Assembly (NCBI GenBank): GCA_010909165.1
Contig: MU008154.1
Location: forward strand, 1,043,478-1,107,477
Direction: 5' to 3'
Source: Anthoceros angustus
Taxonomy: Eukaryota > Plantae > Anthocerotophyta
Length of the DNA: 64,000 nt
Made by a program: the position numbers and the translations under genes. The notes beneath the pieces were generated by a model. It had not been told where the DNA came from, made no database searches, and saw only the letters and a program-made list of their open reading frames with translations. Positions 48,117-61,990 of this stretch are shown piece after piece (position 1 is the first letter of the stretch; each line of letters starts with the position of its first letter).

Positions 48117-49735
48117 CCTCTGATTCCTTCGTAGAGATCGAGAAGTCTGAGTACTAGTTTAAGCGAAATCACTGCCCAGGGGCCGGCATCTGAAGAACTG
48201 GGATTGCAGAAGTCATCTCCCTTGTCCAATGACGCGAGACAAGCTTCACACAGTCTCTAAAGCTCTGCTCTGTAGTGCCATTTAACCCGACTGGCATGGC
48301 CCGGGCTGGATACATGGATTGCATAATCCGGGAAACTGTCACCACCTGATTCCACTGTGTGCCAGTGTGAACACAACAGACACGCTGCTGTACAAACGCA
48401 GTGGAGGGTCATGTTTACCTGTTCTTCCGCACCATGCTGTCAATTCAGCTTGATAGCTACTCCTTGCTGATTGTGTGAGCTGTGTGGTACGAGTACAGTA
48501 CTCTACAAGAGTCAAATCCACCCACAAGTTGCACATGAGCAAGTTCTAATCTGCCCAGCTGACAACCGGGCTCAACAAGACCATCAGACAGAGCCGTGTG
48601 CAAATTGCTACTTCTTTGAAGCTCCATGGCCGCATCCATGACATCTCCAGCCCTTCGACGCGTATATTCATAAATGCTTTCACGAAGCTTGGGAGCTGAT
48701 TTATTAAGAAATGCGCAATAAGACAAGGGTGGTCGGTAGTCCCTAGGAAATATTTGGAGGCACCGTCATGCAGTCCTCAATCTTCGAATCACACCTTTCT
48801 ACATTCCAGAGGTGAACGACATAGGACCTCGGTGTTTCCCGTTGGTAGGACCCTGTTCAGTTTTTCGAGGACATTCAATTCGCTACCAATGTCAGTTGCT
48901 CAGATCTGCAATTGCCTCGGAATCACGATTATGTGGTGAGGCTAACTACTCTAACAGATTAGCAATCCCTCCTGCTGAATGAGGCTGGTTGGTAAAGAGG
49001 CTTCGGAGACCACAAGCTGCAACACATTGCAGGCTAACTTCAGGTCAGTGATGCACATTGGTCGAACCTGGAGCCCGGTTCCAAGCCTGAGTGCTGGGTT
49101 AGGTGGGGAAGTGCAGGGTTAGGTGGGGAAGTGCAGGGTGTACACTACATACGTACATAATGGACGCAAGGTTCTTGAATGGGGAAGCACATTCACGTGC
49201 ATACGTTGCCGGCAGTCAGTCACTTTCAGTGTCAGCCACAGGTTTACGGCAGGCGGAATAGGCCCATCTGTTGCTGGTGTAGGTCTCATGTCATTTCTCG
49301 ACCAGCTGTAGCATGCCAATAATGTGTGTAGGCCAGCATCCCAGCACCGTCCAGAATCACTGTTTGGTATGTGTTGGAGCGATACCTTGTACTAGCCTCC
49401 TGCCAACAACTGAATTTTGCGGGGGGACTGTGACTGTACCAGCGAGGTTATGTACACAACGGTCACGATCCATAGCTTGGTAAGGTGTCTGTCAGGCCAA
49501 GCTGCAATCGTTCACCAACAAGTCAAGCAGGGACTATTTTGATTCATCTTGATCTAGTTCGTATATAGCTGAGCAGAGAGGCTTGAACTTTACTTACTTT
49601 GGGTCAGATCATCAGTAGTGCTTCTGCTTAGCCTTCAAATCCTGACGTGCTTGTAGGGACAGATCTTGGTGAGATATATATAGCTCCTGCCAAATTGAAA
49701 CAGTCCAACCTCGACAGAGGCTATCAAAGCAGTGT

Positions 49736-51962
49736 TCATGAGAGGCTCAACACAGTTTCAGATTCTGCTTGCTCTCGGGGTGGCTGATCTGAGTTTATAC
49801 CGTCTTCAGAAGCAGAATCTTGCCTCACTGGTTTATACGTGTACCAGTTAGCACAGAGCAAGTAGAAGAAAAAATTTACAAAACTTAGAACTGCCAAAAA
49901 TGCGTAGAAGTAATCAAGCCGACTCCTGTTGAGGTTATTTGCCAGCCAGCCTGGATCATCACCCTTGCTTGTTACCTTGGTGACAAGCGTGACAAGGAGG
50001 GTGCTCAGGTAGTGACCCGCACCAATCGTACTCAGATAGATAGCTGTGCCCAGACTCCGCATCCCATCTGGGGCTTCATTGTAGAAGAACTCCAGCTGCC
50101 CAATTTGTGTAAATATCTCTGTAGTTCCTCTCAGGAAGTACTGAGGGACAAGCCAAAAAATGCTCATGGGAATCATTACATCAGGTTTATCCAACAGCCC
50201 ATGCTCCTTGGCAACATTCACTCTCTTCACCTCCACCACAGCTGCCACAACCATGCACAACGTGGCGAAGATCATACCTGTTCCAATTCTCTGAAGGGTT
50301 GTTATCCCTTGCTTGTGCCCAGTAAACCTTCGAGCAAATGGTACGAAGTAGCGATCATAAAGAGGAAGAAAGAAGATCACGTTCAGCAGCTCAAAGACAG
50401 ACAGTGTGGCTGGTGGGAACTTGAAGTGTGGCCCCATGTTATTATCCAGAGTGCTTGCTGCTTCTACCGAGAACGTTTCCAGCTGTCCAAGAGCTGCCCA
50501 CACTGTGATAGTGCTCAGCCAGATTGGCAGAACTCTCACGATAAGCTTCAGCTCCTCCACTTGAGTGACACTACAGAGTTGCCATCTGCTCGCAGGTTCA
50601 TCATCATAAGCGTGTGTTTTGACGACCACGGCAGCCTTATCGAGAAACCTGCTCGGGGGAAAACGCAGAAAACATCAATAATTTTAATTCAGCAGCCACA
50701 AGCTAGAGAACAGCAAATGAGGGCAGGGGCTAACTTGAACTGCTTCGTGTGTTGGAGCTGCGTCTTCAAGGAATGGATATCTGTGACATCTCCATGATAC
50801 AATAAATTATCATCTGGTGGCACCGAGAATCTAATCTTACGGACTGCAGCAACTATAACTTGTGCAATACGTGTCAAGGGACTGCCACCAGGCGCTTTGT
50901 ATCTGTACAGACTGGCCCCGGCCACAAATAATAGGATGCCTATGATCATGATCCCTGACGGTATGCCAAAACCCCAGCCAAATCCTATATTATCCTGGAT
51001 ATATACAAAGAGTGTTACAGATATCAATGAACCTACAGAGATGAAAAAATAGAACCAGTTGAAGAAGTGAGACAAGTGTTGCTTCTCTTTGGCATCCTCT
51101 GAATCAAACTGGTCTGCTCCAAGAGCTGAGACATTGGATTTGATCCCTCCATTGCCTAAAGCAATGAGATAGAGACCAACTAGAAAGATAGCCATCTGCA
51201 ATCCATGAGCCGGTTTGCAAGTAACACTCGTGTCACTTGGGCAGGACGCCGGCCGGAGTGATGGCAAGGTTGCTGAAAGGGTTAGGACAGTCATACCCTG
51301 CATGAGAACAGGTAGGAGACTCGTTAGAAATCCTCAACCTACAAAGCTCACTGCTAGAACAGCTTGATGTCCAAAACTCAGAATGTCGGTTTTTGCACAT
51401 ACCACAGCTTGTACGGACGCAAAACTAGAAATGGCCCAGAAACGACCAAGGTACGCATCAGCCATAAACCCTCCAATAAAGGGAGTGAAGTAATTGGTGC
51501 CCACGAAATTGGAGACAGTGTTGGCCGCCTTCACCTTGCTCAGATGCATGTTATTCACGAGGTAGGTCACAAGATTCCGTTGAAGCCCCAAGGTTGCCAG
51601 CCTTTCACAGACTTCGGTCGCTACAAAGGCCACCAAGGGAAATATTAGGTGTGGAGCTTCACTACCTGGACTCTCAACACCTCAAATTGTGAAGCCTCTA
51701 TTCCAGAAGCCAGCCATTCTGTCAGAGAAGTACCAAATATCAAAGGAGCTGCTCTCCATCCACCAGTCTTCCCCCTAACGGCTACTCTTCCTTTATGATC
51801 CAAGAACCCATCTACCGCAAACATCTGAGCGTTCTCCGCATCAACCTCTCCCTGGAAGAGACAGCAAAGACATTAACTGCATGCTCCAAAGTGCCTCAAG
51901 CACTTCACGCTCAGCTGGCTCCTCCCATCCACATCTACCCCAAGGGCTATGGAACCTACCAT
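49736..51962 (-). CDS. NPF (POT/PTR) transporter, second tandem paralog, 5 exons
   Basis: Exons 51962-51960, 51851-51734, 51620-51403, 51297-50735, 50648-49736 total 1815 nt in frame. TEVCER, FGADQFD, FFNWFYF. The start exon is inferred. Confidence 0.9.
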
Positions 51963-52990
51963 ATCCTCTGAAGAATTGACAACCTCGTACTCGAACTTAT
52001 GGTCACCTGGATACAACAAAATCGTGGAATGAGAACCTGCCCTCGGACAAGAAGCTTTCAGCTGCATGCAGATGGCATTGACACAATTCCAGAATGCAAG
52101 CTCCTGAGTAACACAAATCCTACTTTACCGGCATCGGGAGGCCCCTGGGCCCCGGTGCGGGAACCCTGAGGCCCCATTGGGCTTGGAGCCGTACGCAGGA
52201 GGGAGATTTAGGCGTCTGTGCACCCCAAAAGAGAGAGGGAAGGTAACAGCGCAAGCCTGCAAAAGCAGTTACCAACTCTGGCAGTGCAGCTCATGCATGC
52301 CCGACTGATCTGTCCGGCCGTCATTGTCAGTAAATCTGTGGTGGGCTGTTCATTGTTCGATAAATTTTTGTGATATTGGTCTCCCGGACCGAATCACCAG
52401 TGCTGGAGAAGCACGTCTGCCTCAGGAGACCTTGTCTTGTCTTTCACACAGACTACGTTCAGTGTATCCTTCCGCAGCTGGACTTGTCATTTGTCATCTC
52501 CTGCCAATCATCGTGGGGCCCCCGAAGCGTAGGAATGGCGTCGCCCACGAGCTGGCACGCGAACGACAGGCTCTCGAGCTGAGGCGAACCAGAGCGCTTG
52601 ACTAGAAAACACTGTCCAGGCGTTTGCTTCATGGTGGACGACGGATTCCCACAAACTTTTCCACCTAGAGCTAATTCGCCGTTTCGTATTTGGCCTAGGA
52701 AGGAGATGACGAAAATCAGAAACAAACACTATTTTCGACAAAAAGGATCGGTTAGCGCCTGCCCCATTTAACCATGGCACTTGGACTCTAGGTATAAAGC
52801 CAATGGCACGAGGAGTTCAGGGATGAAGCTTGGAGTTTAAGGAGCTTTGGGTTTAGTGGGTAGATACACCAACATGTTGTCATCGCTCCCATGGGACTTA
52901 TCAAGTAGCCTTTTCTTTCAATTGTTTTTTGCCCAAAAAGGGCTGTTTGTTATCGTCCTTATGAGGGGTGCGACGTCCCTTGAGCGCATT

Positions 52991-53064
52991 AAACTCCCTC
53001 ACGTTAAGTCAAGCTTTATTTATATAATAAACTCCCTCACGTTAAGTCAAGCTTTATTTATATA
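52991..53064. repeat. 38-bp tandem duplication
   Basis: aaactccctcacgttaagtcaagctttatttatataat occurs twice. Confidence 0.9.
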
Positions 53065-53200
53065 ACTACTGTCTCGCTCGTGGAGTGAGTTCGAGCATAC
53101 AGACGAGACCACCCATCTTTAAAGTAAAGCCCAAAAAAACTGGATGGATGCTAGATATAAATATTATAGATTCTTAAGGGTCCTATCCATCTTAGAGAAT

Positions 53201-53745
53201 ATGAGGAAGGATCTGTTAGTGGTGAGCTCGGATCTTTGTGCTGCAGGGGTCAGGGAGACCGAGTAGGAAGAGATGCTGCAAGGGCAAGCTCGGCAATTGG
53301 AAGCTTATCATAAGGACTTAACAGTAATGAGGGAGAGTCAGGATGAGGCCTTGGAGTAGATTAAGAAGGTGGAGGAAGCTAGGCTTCACCTTGTGGCGAA
53401 GGAAGATCCGAAGGCTTCACGTGCAGAAGTGAGAGGTCGAAACGGTTGCTCAGCAAGCTCATCTTGGACTATTGGGGTTGAAGAAGTATCTGGAGGAGGT
53501 TGAGAAGGACAGAGACAAGGTTAGGAAGGACAAGGACGAGTTGGTCCAGGTGGTGGGAGAGACAAAAATGGGCCTTCATAAGGTGGAGCTGAAGATTGAG
53601 CGCCAGTTAGAAACACGTAACCGTAGGTTTTAAGCTGGATTGAAGAAAGACCACTAAGGTCAAGCTGAAAAACGTACAGTTGAACCTCGACAAGGAGGAG
53701 TTGGAGCTGGAAAACGAGGCCTTACGGAAGAAATGTGAGTAAGGG
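53201..53745 (+). pseudogene. Decayed coiled-coil ORF, probably TE-derived
   Basis: E/K/L-rich frame (EEMLQGQARQLEAYHKDL...) interrupted by several TAG stops and frameshifts. Confidence 0.35.
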
Positions 53746-55065
53746 GAGTGGCCCAAGGATGTGTGTGAGGTTAGCAGGGCTAGGAGGTTGCTGATCAACA
53801 AGATTACCAAGAGAACTACGAGGCACAATGGCCTATGGAGCGTAGGTTTGCGGACCCACGGTGTCATAGCAGCTATGCCAAAGATTGAAACCCTAAGACC
53901 GCCTCCCCGTCGATGGCTAGACCCTCCATATTTATGATCTCAACCCTTTGTGCTTTGTGAGCTGGCTGCTCGCTTAGTGACTAGCTGCTCGTAACGGGAC
54001 CTTAGGAAAAGACTCATCGAGGGTACTCATACTTGGGTGTAGAAGGATAGTAACCGGCCCAAGGAAAAGACTTTGCACCAGTAGGCCAACCCCAGATAGT
54101 CGTGTCGTAAAGGCAAGCTGTGGCCCAAGTACCTAGTTGGTAGTAGACTCCTAGGAGCGTTGAGAAGTTGTCCTACAGCATTGTTAGAATTGGCTCTTTC
54201 AATTCGAATACTGAGGCTCGGTTAGGCTTCTTAATAGATGCTCTCAAAAAGGCACTCACAAGAATTGCTCTTATGTCCCACTCATGCTTCTTAAGCAAAC
54301 AGGTTCGCAAGGATACTCATTAGATTTGCTGTCACAGGTATATTTTCATGGTCAATCGGCACTGTCCCAATGTCATCACAAGCCATAACATGAAGCTTTG
54401 GTTAACCTGTGACAAGAATATAAAACCAAATGATGGCGGTCAACTTAAGATTGTGCGGCTACCTGTGAGGTCATATGTGAACCACTCAATTCGGGGTTGG
54501 GCTCCATAAAACCCAGGTTAGAGGTTGCATAAAAGGGCTGTTATCGTAAAGTCCTTATGGACTATGGAAGGCAAATCCTGGGTGTCCTCAAAATCGACCT
54601 CAATAGGCCCTAGTCCTCCTACTGTCTATAGGAGGGTATAGGAGTTCAAGCCTACCGTTGTATCGGTGTATTCACACTCCCACAAAGTAGCGCAACCTAC
54701 CCTCTACACACATAGAAACAAAACGTATGCAGGAGCAGATTCTATGTCAACCTACATCAAAACCTACGTAGGGAGCGGAACCTACGGCGCAAACAGTCTC
54801 CATGGACGAGGCGTCCAGCTTCTGGTCCTTTAATATGATTGCAAATTTTGGGAGCTCATGCACATGGCTCTGCTTCGGGCCCTCTCTAACTCCTACACAA
54901 CTCAACTTCACCCAATGTACGCCTCAGAACTAATCGCGTTATCCACATAACTCAACTCAACCATTGAGTGCCAACATCGCTTCTCACACTTGTATTCTCA
55001 CTTGCAGAATGAGCTTCCATAATAAGAGTAGCAGTGACATCCAAGTGCTAAGTGCACAGATGCTA

Positions 55066-55203
55066 AGCTAACTTCACAGACGCAGTCACAAGCTAACTTC
55101 ACAGACGCAGTCACAAGCTAACTTCACAGAAGCAGTCACAAGCTAACTTCACAGAAGCAGTCACAAGCTAACTTCACAGACGCAGTCACAAGCTAACTTC
55201 ACA
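55066..55203. repeat. 25-bp minisatellite, 5.5 copies
   Basis: Unit agctaacttcacaga(c/a)gcagtcaca. Confidence 0.95.
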
Positions 55204-56147
55204 AACACAGTAAGTGTCCTTCGGACGGATCAATACTTAGATGGGATGCTACCCATCCTCAGCTTCATGGCCTTACAAGCCACCTCTTATAAACATTACT
55301 CTCTTGTCTTTGCATTGTGCAGGGCTGCCAATTGTTAGTGACGTATTGGGTTACTCTGGATGAAAGTGTGGGGCTTTGATGTATATTTCTACATATTTTC
55401 AAAAACTTCGACTTTGCTTAAATCAAAACAAAACACAGACCCAAAATGCCTAAATACTAGGCGTTCACTCAAGGGCGTGCCTAGGCGGGACAAACTCCAT
55501 CGTGGTACCCAAATGTGTAAAAAATAATGCTCATTCATGGTACGACATTCCGATGCAAGAATTGGGGGTGTGCGCAACCACAACAAATATTTCTAAACCG
55601 TGACAACCCATGGTTACCAAACCTATGACTAGGCCTCATACCATACCTCAAAACCATAATAACTCAATTTATCACGATCTTCATGTTATGCTCTTATAGC
55701 ACTCTGAGGTTGGGGAACTCGGCTGTAAACTGTATCAAAGTCCTCAAAAGTGTAACTGGTATTTAAAAGGGTAATACGACCACCCTATTTCTAGTGTTTA
55801 ATCGCGGTTCACATGTAGAAGTGCTAAAGTATGTTTATGTGTTTGGTGGGGAGAGGCCACCTCTCACCACTCACTTGGGCTGGCTGGACTTGGAGCTGGC
55901 GCAGGAGCTAAAGGTGAGTGAGGTGCAATATAGGGGCTTAGATCGACTTGCTTTTATTAAGCCTAGATCGACTTTTCTTAGAATGAACACCCCCAGAACT
56001 ACTACAAGCCTAGACACACCATGGTCCAAGACCGCAAGTGATGTACGTAGATACCAGTCCTAGTCGTCCCTTTTTTCTTGTTTCAGCCGGAAGGTGAAAT
56101 TTCGGGAATACATACACTGCCCCAATTTTTACCCAATGGCGACGTCG

Positions 56148-56292
56148 CACGTGGCCACCTGTACTTGCGACTTCGAAGAGAAGGGCTTACAGAACCCACG
56201 CGTCAATCGACGCAGGGCCCAAGTGTTGGCCGGTGAGCTTAAGAACAGCCTGCCAATGAAACCATTCCAGCCATGGCATCACTTCTTATAAG
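56148..56292 (+). promoter_or_regulatory. ABRE/G-box plus CE3-like element and TATA-like box upstream of the LEA-like gene
   Basis: CACGTGGC at 56148-56155, CACGCGT at 56197-56203, TATAAG at about 56287; ATG at 56457. Confidence 0.55.
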
Positions 56293-56456
56293 AGGAATTG
56301 CTGATGAAAGGCCAGCCAAGTGTCGCTCCCTCACACACGCATCTGTCCATCTCCGCTCTCCTGTATCTCAGCACAAGCTCGCGCGGAGATCCTCGAGTCT
56401 CGAATCTGGACTCGGACTTTCTGCATACCTCGCTCGCATTGGAATTCCAGCGAACC

Positions 56457-57688
56457 ATGGCCAGCAACCAGCTTTCTGAAGTCCCGTCTGACCAGGTGAT
56501 TGCAGCTTCACAATATGGTATGCCTGGGGCCTTCACTTCCGCAGCCGAGTGACTGACATTTGTTTGATTCCTGGTGTGCCGTGGTGCAGCGCAATCTGGT
56601 GGAGTCCTTGGGGGATCTGAGCATCGGGAAGGAGCAGGGCTTGGAGTCCCAGACCGCGGGCCTTGGAAGGCCTAGAAGCGGCCTGGCCAGAACCTCCTCC
56701 ACCGCCTCCTCCGCCTCCGATGTCTCCCAAGGTTTGCGCATTTCCTGCATGTCCTGCATGCTTCATCTCATTTCCTGCACATCTTTGGAGCTCGGTTCTC
56801 ACAGCTGTCCTCGGAGCAGGTGATTCCGGGAAGCCGTTAACGGAGAAGCTGGCGGAGCAGGTGAGGGGGGACGCTGAGGTGACGGACGGGCGGGTGGTTG
56901 CGAGCAAGCCGCCGTCCGGGATTCTGCAGACCGTGACCGGCAAGATCTCGCAGACGGTGCAGTCGGCCAAGGACGCCATCGCCAAGAAGCGGGAGCAGGC
57001 CAAGCCCTCGGCTGGGAAGGACGGGGACCAGGACGTGCTGGTCCTGGACGAGGACTACACCAAGAAGGTGGCGGACGAGGCGAGCCAGCCGAGCGCGACC
57101 AAGGACGTCCTGGCCTCGGCGGGGGCCGCGGTGGTAGGTTCCGCGGTGGCGGCCAAGGACGCCGTGGTCGCCACCGTCGCCTCCGTTTCGGAAGCCGGGA
57201 AGGGAGAAGAAGGATCTGTGGAAGGAGAAGGCGCTGTGGCTCCGGCCAAGGGCGGGATCCTGCAGACGGTGGGGACGAAGATCGCGCAGTCCGCGCAGTA
57301 CGTGAAGGGAGCTCTGGTGTCCGGGAAGACAGAGAGCCAGGGCGAGGCGGCGGCGGAAGGGACCGGGAAGGGTATTATCGGGAAGATCGGGGAGAAGGTG
57401 ACGCAGTCGGCGCAGTACGTGAAGGAGTCGGTGCAGTCCAAGACTGTGACTGATCCTGCCAACCCTGACAAGGTGGATGTGCAGCAGACGGCCAAGTCGG
57501 TGCTAAAGTCTGTCGGGGAGAAGGTGAGCCAGGGCACGGCGTATGTGAGGGATGCTGCTCTTACCCGCGCAGGGCCGTATTCTCAGGGCCCGGTGGAGAC
57601 TGCTCCTGAGACAGGGCTGATCAATCCGAGCTCTGTTGCTGTTACCGGTTCTCAGGAGCCTGTGGTACAGAGCACGCAGGGGGATTAG
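56457..57688 (+). CDS. Hydrophilic LEA-like protein with repeated amphipathic helices, 3 exons
   Basis: Exons 56457-56495, 56590-56731, 56805-57688 total 1065 nt in frame, GT-AG. A/G/K/E/V-rich with four repeats of about 22 aa (e.g. GILQTVGTKIAQSAQYVKGAL). Confidence 0.75.
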
Positions 57689-58012
57689 GGTCAGGAAGTT
57701 GTGGCACACAGCTCAAAGTGAAGATGGAGTGGGCATCTTGTGGAGCAGGAGGTTGTTGTTGTGAATAATGTGATGGGTTGTTTAGGTGCGGGTCTTCCCG
57801 CCAGCCGGGTAGTCGGGTATGTAGCTAGCAATTTTGTATATCCATTTATTCTTTCGCACTGATGTTGTAATATTTACAACTGTAATGTTGGAGATGGGAG
57901 TGAGCGTATTGAATGTTCCAGAAGCAAAAATAGATAGCCCTAGTTGAAGATGATACGAGCTGTAGCTGCTGTGTTCCATCTCGGCAGTGACAGATACTGA
58001 CGAGGTTCCTGT

Positions 58013-59778
58013 TCAGGATGAGCCCGTGACTATTTTGCCGCAGGGGTGTTCCGTTTTCCACTCGTTGCCACAGAGATAGCAAAATTGAGCACCACACCTG
58101 GATCAGGTTGTCGGTTAGATTTCGCATTCAGGGAGCTGAACTCGAGATTTTAGCGACTTACAGTAAACGCCGAGGAGTACGTGGTGTGCGTCTACCTGCA
58201 GGTCATGTGGAAACAACCTCCTTTGTGCTCTACCATGCACTGGCACTTGTAGCACCGTTGCCATTCTCTCTCCTTGGCGAGAATGTGGAACCTTAGGTCC
58301 TCGAAGGACGTTTCCCCAGACGGCAGGTTTTGGAATTCCTGGCAAGTCAAGTCTGCATGCCAGGGAACCTGATTCAGAAATGGAACAAGGTCAGGAGACG
58401 ATCAGCCCACTGATATTAGACACTCCAGCAGGATGAGAACATCATGTGACAGACCTGGCACTCGAGACAATATAGCCTGTGACAGGTGAAACATTCAACA
58501 GCTCCAATAGAAGTGCTGTGAGGATGAGACGAAGTGGATGGCATCGTAAAAGCAGGAAGCACTGGTTTCAGACACAAGGCTGAACAGTCCCGAAAAGGAC
58601 AGTAGCTTCTCTCTTCTTCTGGGATAGATGCTTCAACTTGCCGCAGACAGAAAGCTTGAAATAAATCTGCATCAAGCAGCCGGCTGCATTCATAACTGGT
58701 CAGCTCCTCCCGGCACTTGGGCTGGGGACACATAATCGTCACCACTCCCCTCTTCGCCTGTGCGTTGGCATACTTGTGCAGACAGTCAGTGCAGAACTCA
58801 TGTCCACATCTAGTGACCTTGAGAAATGTGTCTGGGTGGACTACTTTGAACTCCAAACAAATTTTGCAACTTTCCATCTCCTCGATGACGCAGCTTGAAG
58901 TGGGAACATCTGAAGTCATCATAAACGACTGTGTCAATAGTGTGTTGGAGCACATCCAAGACATAAACGTTCTCTCTCATCACTCCAATCTGACCTGCAT
59001 CAGGCAACATGAGCCCCTTCAACTTGCGTTCAGCATGCCTGAACGGAGGGCTTGCAACCAAGCTGTGCTCCTCAGCAGTAACGAAGAAAACCTTAGAGAG
59101 CACCATGGGCTCCCACACGGACTTTGCAATCACGTGGTCCTTCCCTGGCCTTCTAGGCTGGCTCCTGACGAAATCCTCCTCAGCATCTCGCAGTTGCTCA
59201 GCGAAACGCTGTTTCAAGCGTTCTGCCAGACTGACCTTATCCCCGATGCCTGCAAACGGGTCCGACAGTCGCCTCCCCTTCCTATCCCACTCCTGCTCGG
59301 GGACAGACGCCAGCCTCCGGGCAAACTCAGCATCGTGCTCAATAATTGCATCGATTTCGAAGAACCGTGCCTGCTCCTGAGCGGCAAAGCTGCTGTCATC
59401 CAATTCCTCTTTGAGCCTCTCCACCTCGCGCGTCTGCTCTAGAAGCACAGCCTGCCTGTCTGCAGGCGCACCCGGCTCCCCCCCCAACCATCCAGTATCG
59501 GAAACAATTCGAGAAAAGCGATTGTAAACTGCAGACAGATCACGAAGGCTGCTCCTTTCCTGCTGCTTACCTTCCAAGAGAGGATCAAGCTGCGTGCTAT
59601 CTCCGCTGGCCACCAGCATCAAGGGCCCCGTCCCGGAATACATGGCCGAGATCAACAGCGCCTCTTCCAGCTGCAGGAGGTAGGCAAACTCCAAATCCGA
59701 CACTTCCTGCAGGACACGAGACATTTCTTGTACTTGCAATTTCATCAGCTCCAAATCGTCGTCTCCAGTACTCGCCAT
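58013..59778 (-). CDS. RBR (RING1-IBR-RING2) E3 ubiquitin ligase, 4 exons
   Basis: Exons 59778-58995, 58909-58455, 58368-58196, 58097-58013. CKIC...CGHEFCTDC...CPQPKC; IBR CPFRDC...CFTCHRLYCLECQVPWH; RING2 CYKC...GGCFHMTCRCGAQFCYLCG. Confidence 0.92.
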
Positions 59779-60350
59779 TCTGCTCGCGCTCCAAGCTCTG
59801 GAGTTCAGCTCCAGCTCGTGCAGCAGCCCACCGCGTCTCAACGTCTCATACTTACAGTAAATTTCCGTTCCCGTCGTCTTTATGACGCAGTTAAGCTGCG
59901 GCGGTTGTGAGTCACCGTCTTGGACGACGAGCTCCTCGGGCAACAAAACACGGTACAACAACATCCAATCGCCAGGATTCGGTTTCCTCATCCTCCATGA
60001 TTGGCTTCATTTGTTTACAGAGTTGAAGATTTCACTAAAAATGTTTTGTGCCTCCGATCTCCTGTCCCGAACGACGACGACGGTTTCTCGGCCATTTTTT
60101 AGGGAAAAATATGATTTTTTAAAAATTTATTTATTAATTTTTAAAATTTTAAAAAATTATGCCAAGTTTCTCCAACTGAATCTCTATCCAACAATCTATT
60201 ACATGCTTGATTCTACGATGATCCAAACGCTTGCGCATATAATATTTCATCCGTCGGAGCGTCTCAAAGCCATCGATTACAACGTGCTTTTTGTGGGTGG
60301 CATCTGATTCTGATGTATGTATGTCGATCTCATTCATGCCCTTCACAAAG

Positions 60351-60610
60351 AACACAAAGATATCAATTCTCAGGTTCATATAAATCCTCACACATGCGTA
60401 AGAGCAACACAAAAATGTCAATTCTCAGGTTCATATAAATCCTCACACATGCCTAAGAGCAACACAAAGATGTCAATTCTCAGGTTCATATAAATCCTCA
60501 CACGTAGAAGCAGCTGGAGTCAATTTCGAGGTTCATATAAATCCTCACATGCGTGAGCAACACAAAGATGTCGTTCTCGGGGTTTATATAAATCCTCACA
60601 TGCGTATGAG
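60351..60610. repeat. 55-bp tandem repeat, about 5 copies
   Basis: Unit aacacaaagatatcaattctcaggttcatataaatcctcacacatgcgtaagagc; later copies are degenerate. Confidence 0.9.
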
Positions 60611-61379
60611 CATATGTATGGAATCTGAAGTCGTCATGGGGTGGCTTGTGTATGAGAAAAATTTTTTCTCCAGTATTCTACACTTAGATGCCTCGGCATC
60701 TTCAAGATTCCTCTTATACGGGCCACATCATTGCATGGTAGGTATGTAGCGAAAACTTTAGTCTCACAACTTGGGCTCGGGTGTTTGCATGTTGTCGTCA
60801 GTTTTTCTTGGTGTTTATGGTTTTCTTACGAGACACATGATACCGTTCCATACACCGTTTATGAATTTAATCTCTTTCAGATACAATACTAGATCCTGAT
60901 AGCTTGTGTATTATAAATTAATTCTATATCATCCAAGCAAGAAATGAAAGGCAAAGGAGGATCATTTTAGGGTTTAGGCCAATGAAGGCTACCGTCACCA
61001 GCACCAGGTAAAGGATAGCAGGTTGGGCAGTTCTTGTAACGTTTCTCACCAAGATCATGAAACACAACCCACACTTTGTAGCCAGCAATGCTCTCTTCGA
61101 AGGTGAGCGTAATGACAATGTGGATAAACGAGATCTTCCACAAAGAAGGCAAGAAGGGCGAGATGATAGGCAAGATAGGTTAGACCACTAGAACATCCAT
61201 GGCCACAGCAACAAAGAAAAAAAGTGAGGTAAGGACTGCATCTAGCACAGTCGGCAGAACCACCTTTCAAACCAACTGTGAAAAATTTGGTGGGCCATCA
61301 AAGTTTTCTTTTTACGCGATGATGAAGTGGAAATAGAAATTACCACATGCTTTTAGAAACTAGTCTAGAAAATAAGATC

Positions 61380-61990
61380 CAGGTTTGAAGATGCTACGTC
61401 CTCCACGTTCGAAGCCGTCCTGGAAATTTTGTTGGCCAATGCCCTTTGTAGGGCGATGGATACTTGTTGTCGGAAGAAAGTATCCACACGGGATAGAGGA
61501 AGATCTACCTCATTCTTGTAGGTGTGGTAAGCTTTAGCATAAGCCTTGATAAATGTACCTCAAAAATTCCTTGCCCATGACCCAATGAGTCTCGATAGCA
61601 AGGGGAATGCTTTCTTCATAGGGCTTTACTTGTGAACTTTGGCCGTTGCGTATCCCTCCACCACCTAACCCGGAGGATTGATCTTGTGATGCTTGCATCA
61701 TGTCCGATTAGGGTTTGTTTCAACCACATTGCAACAAAGATATGTTGCCCTTGGGTCAAAAATATGTAAGCTCTAGAGAAATACCGTTGGGCAAATATGG
61801 GCTCCTGTAAGGAGCAGATCCACGCTCCACGGTCGCCGAGGGCGACACCTCGGATGGCATAGTGTGTTTCAATGCATTGCCCGGTGCATATTGAGCTAGA
61901 TGGGGTCCTAGAGTTGTCGAGGGGCCCCAAGTTGCAGTCGTGAAAGAGCAGGGCCGGAGGTTGGGTCATGCCTAGGCGAAACCTATCACA
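61380..61990 (-). mobile_element. 3' fragment of a diverged CRE-like retrotransposon
   Basis: RFRLGM..DCNLGPLDNS..GQCIETHYAIR (knuckle region), NPPG..EGYATAKVHK and IPLAIETH...FFRQQVSIALQRALAN align to the C-terminus of 7410-10290. Confidence 0.8.

Noticed and set aside
48457-48726. Small ORF upstream of the NPF6-like gene
   Set aside because: No recognisable motif or splice support.
49096-49138. 20-bp duplication gggttaggtggggaagtgca, superficially telomere-like
   Set aside because: A simple local duplication, not a TTTAGGG array.
54660-54900. Possible L1 zf-RVT remnant on the minus strand (RLVHG, LWECE)
   Set aside because: Too short and degenerate to support without a search.
55845-55925. 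Short hairpins upstream of the LEA-like gene
   Set aside because: Stems are too short to support a miRNA or a Helitron end.
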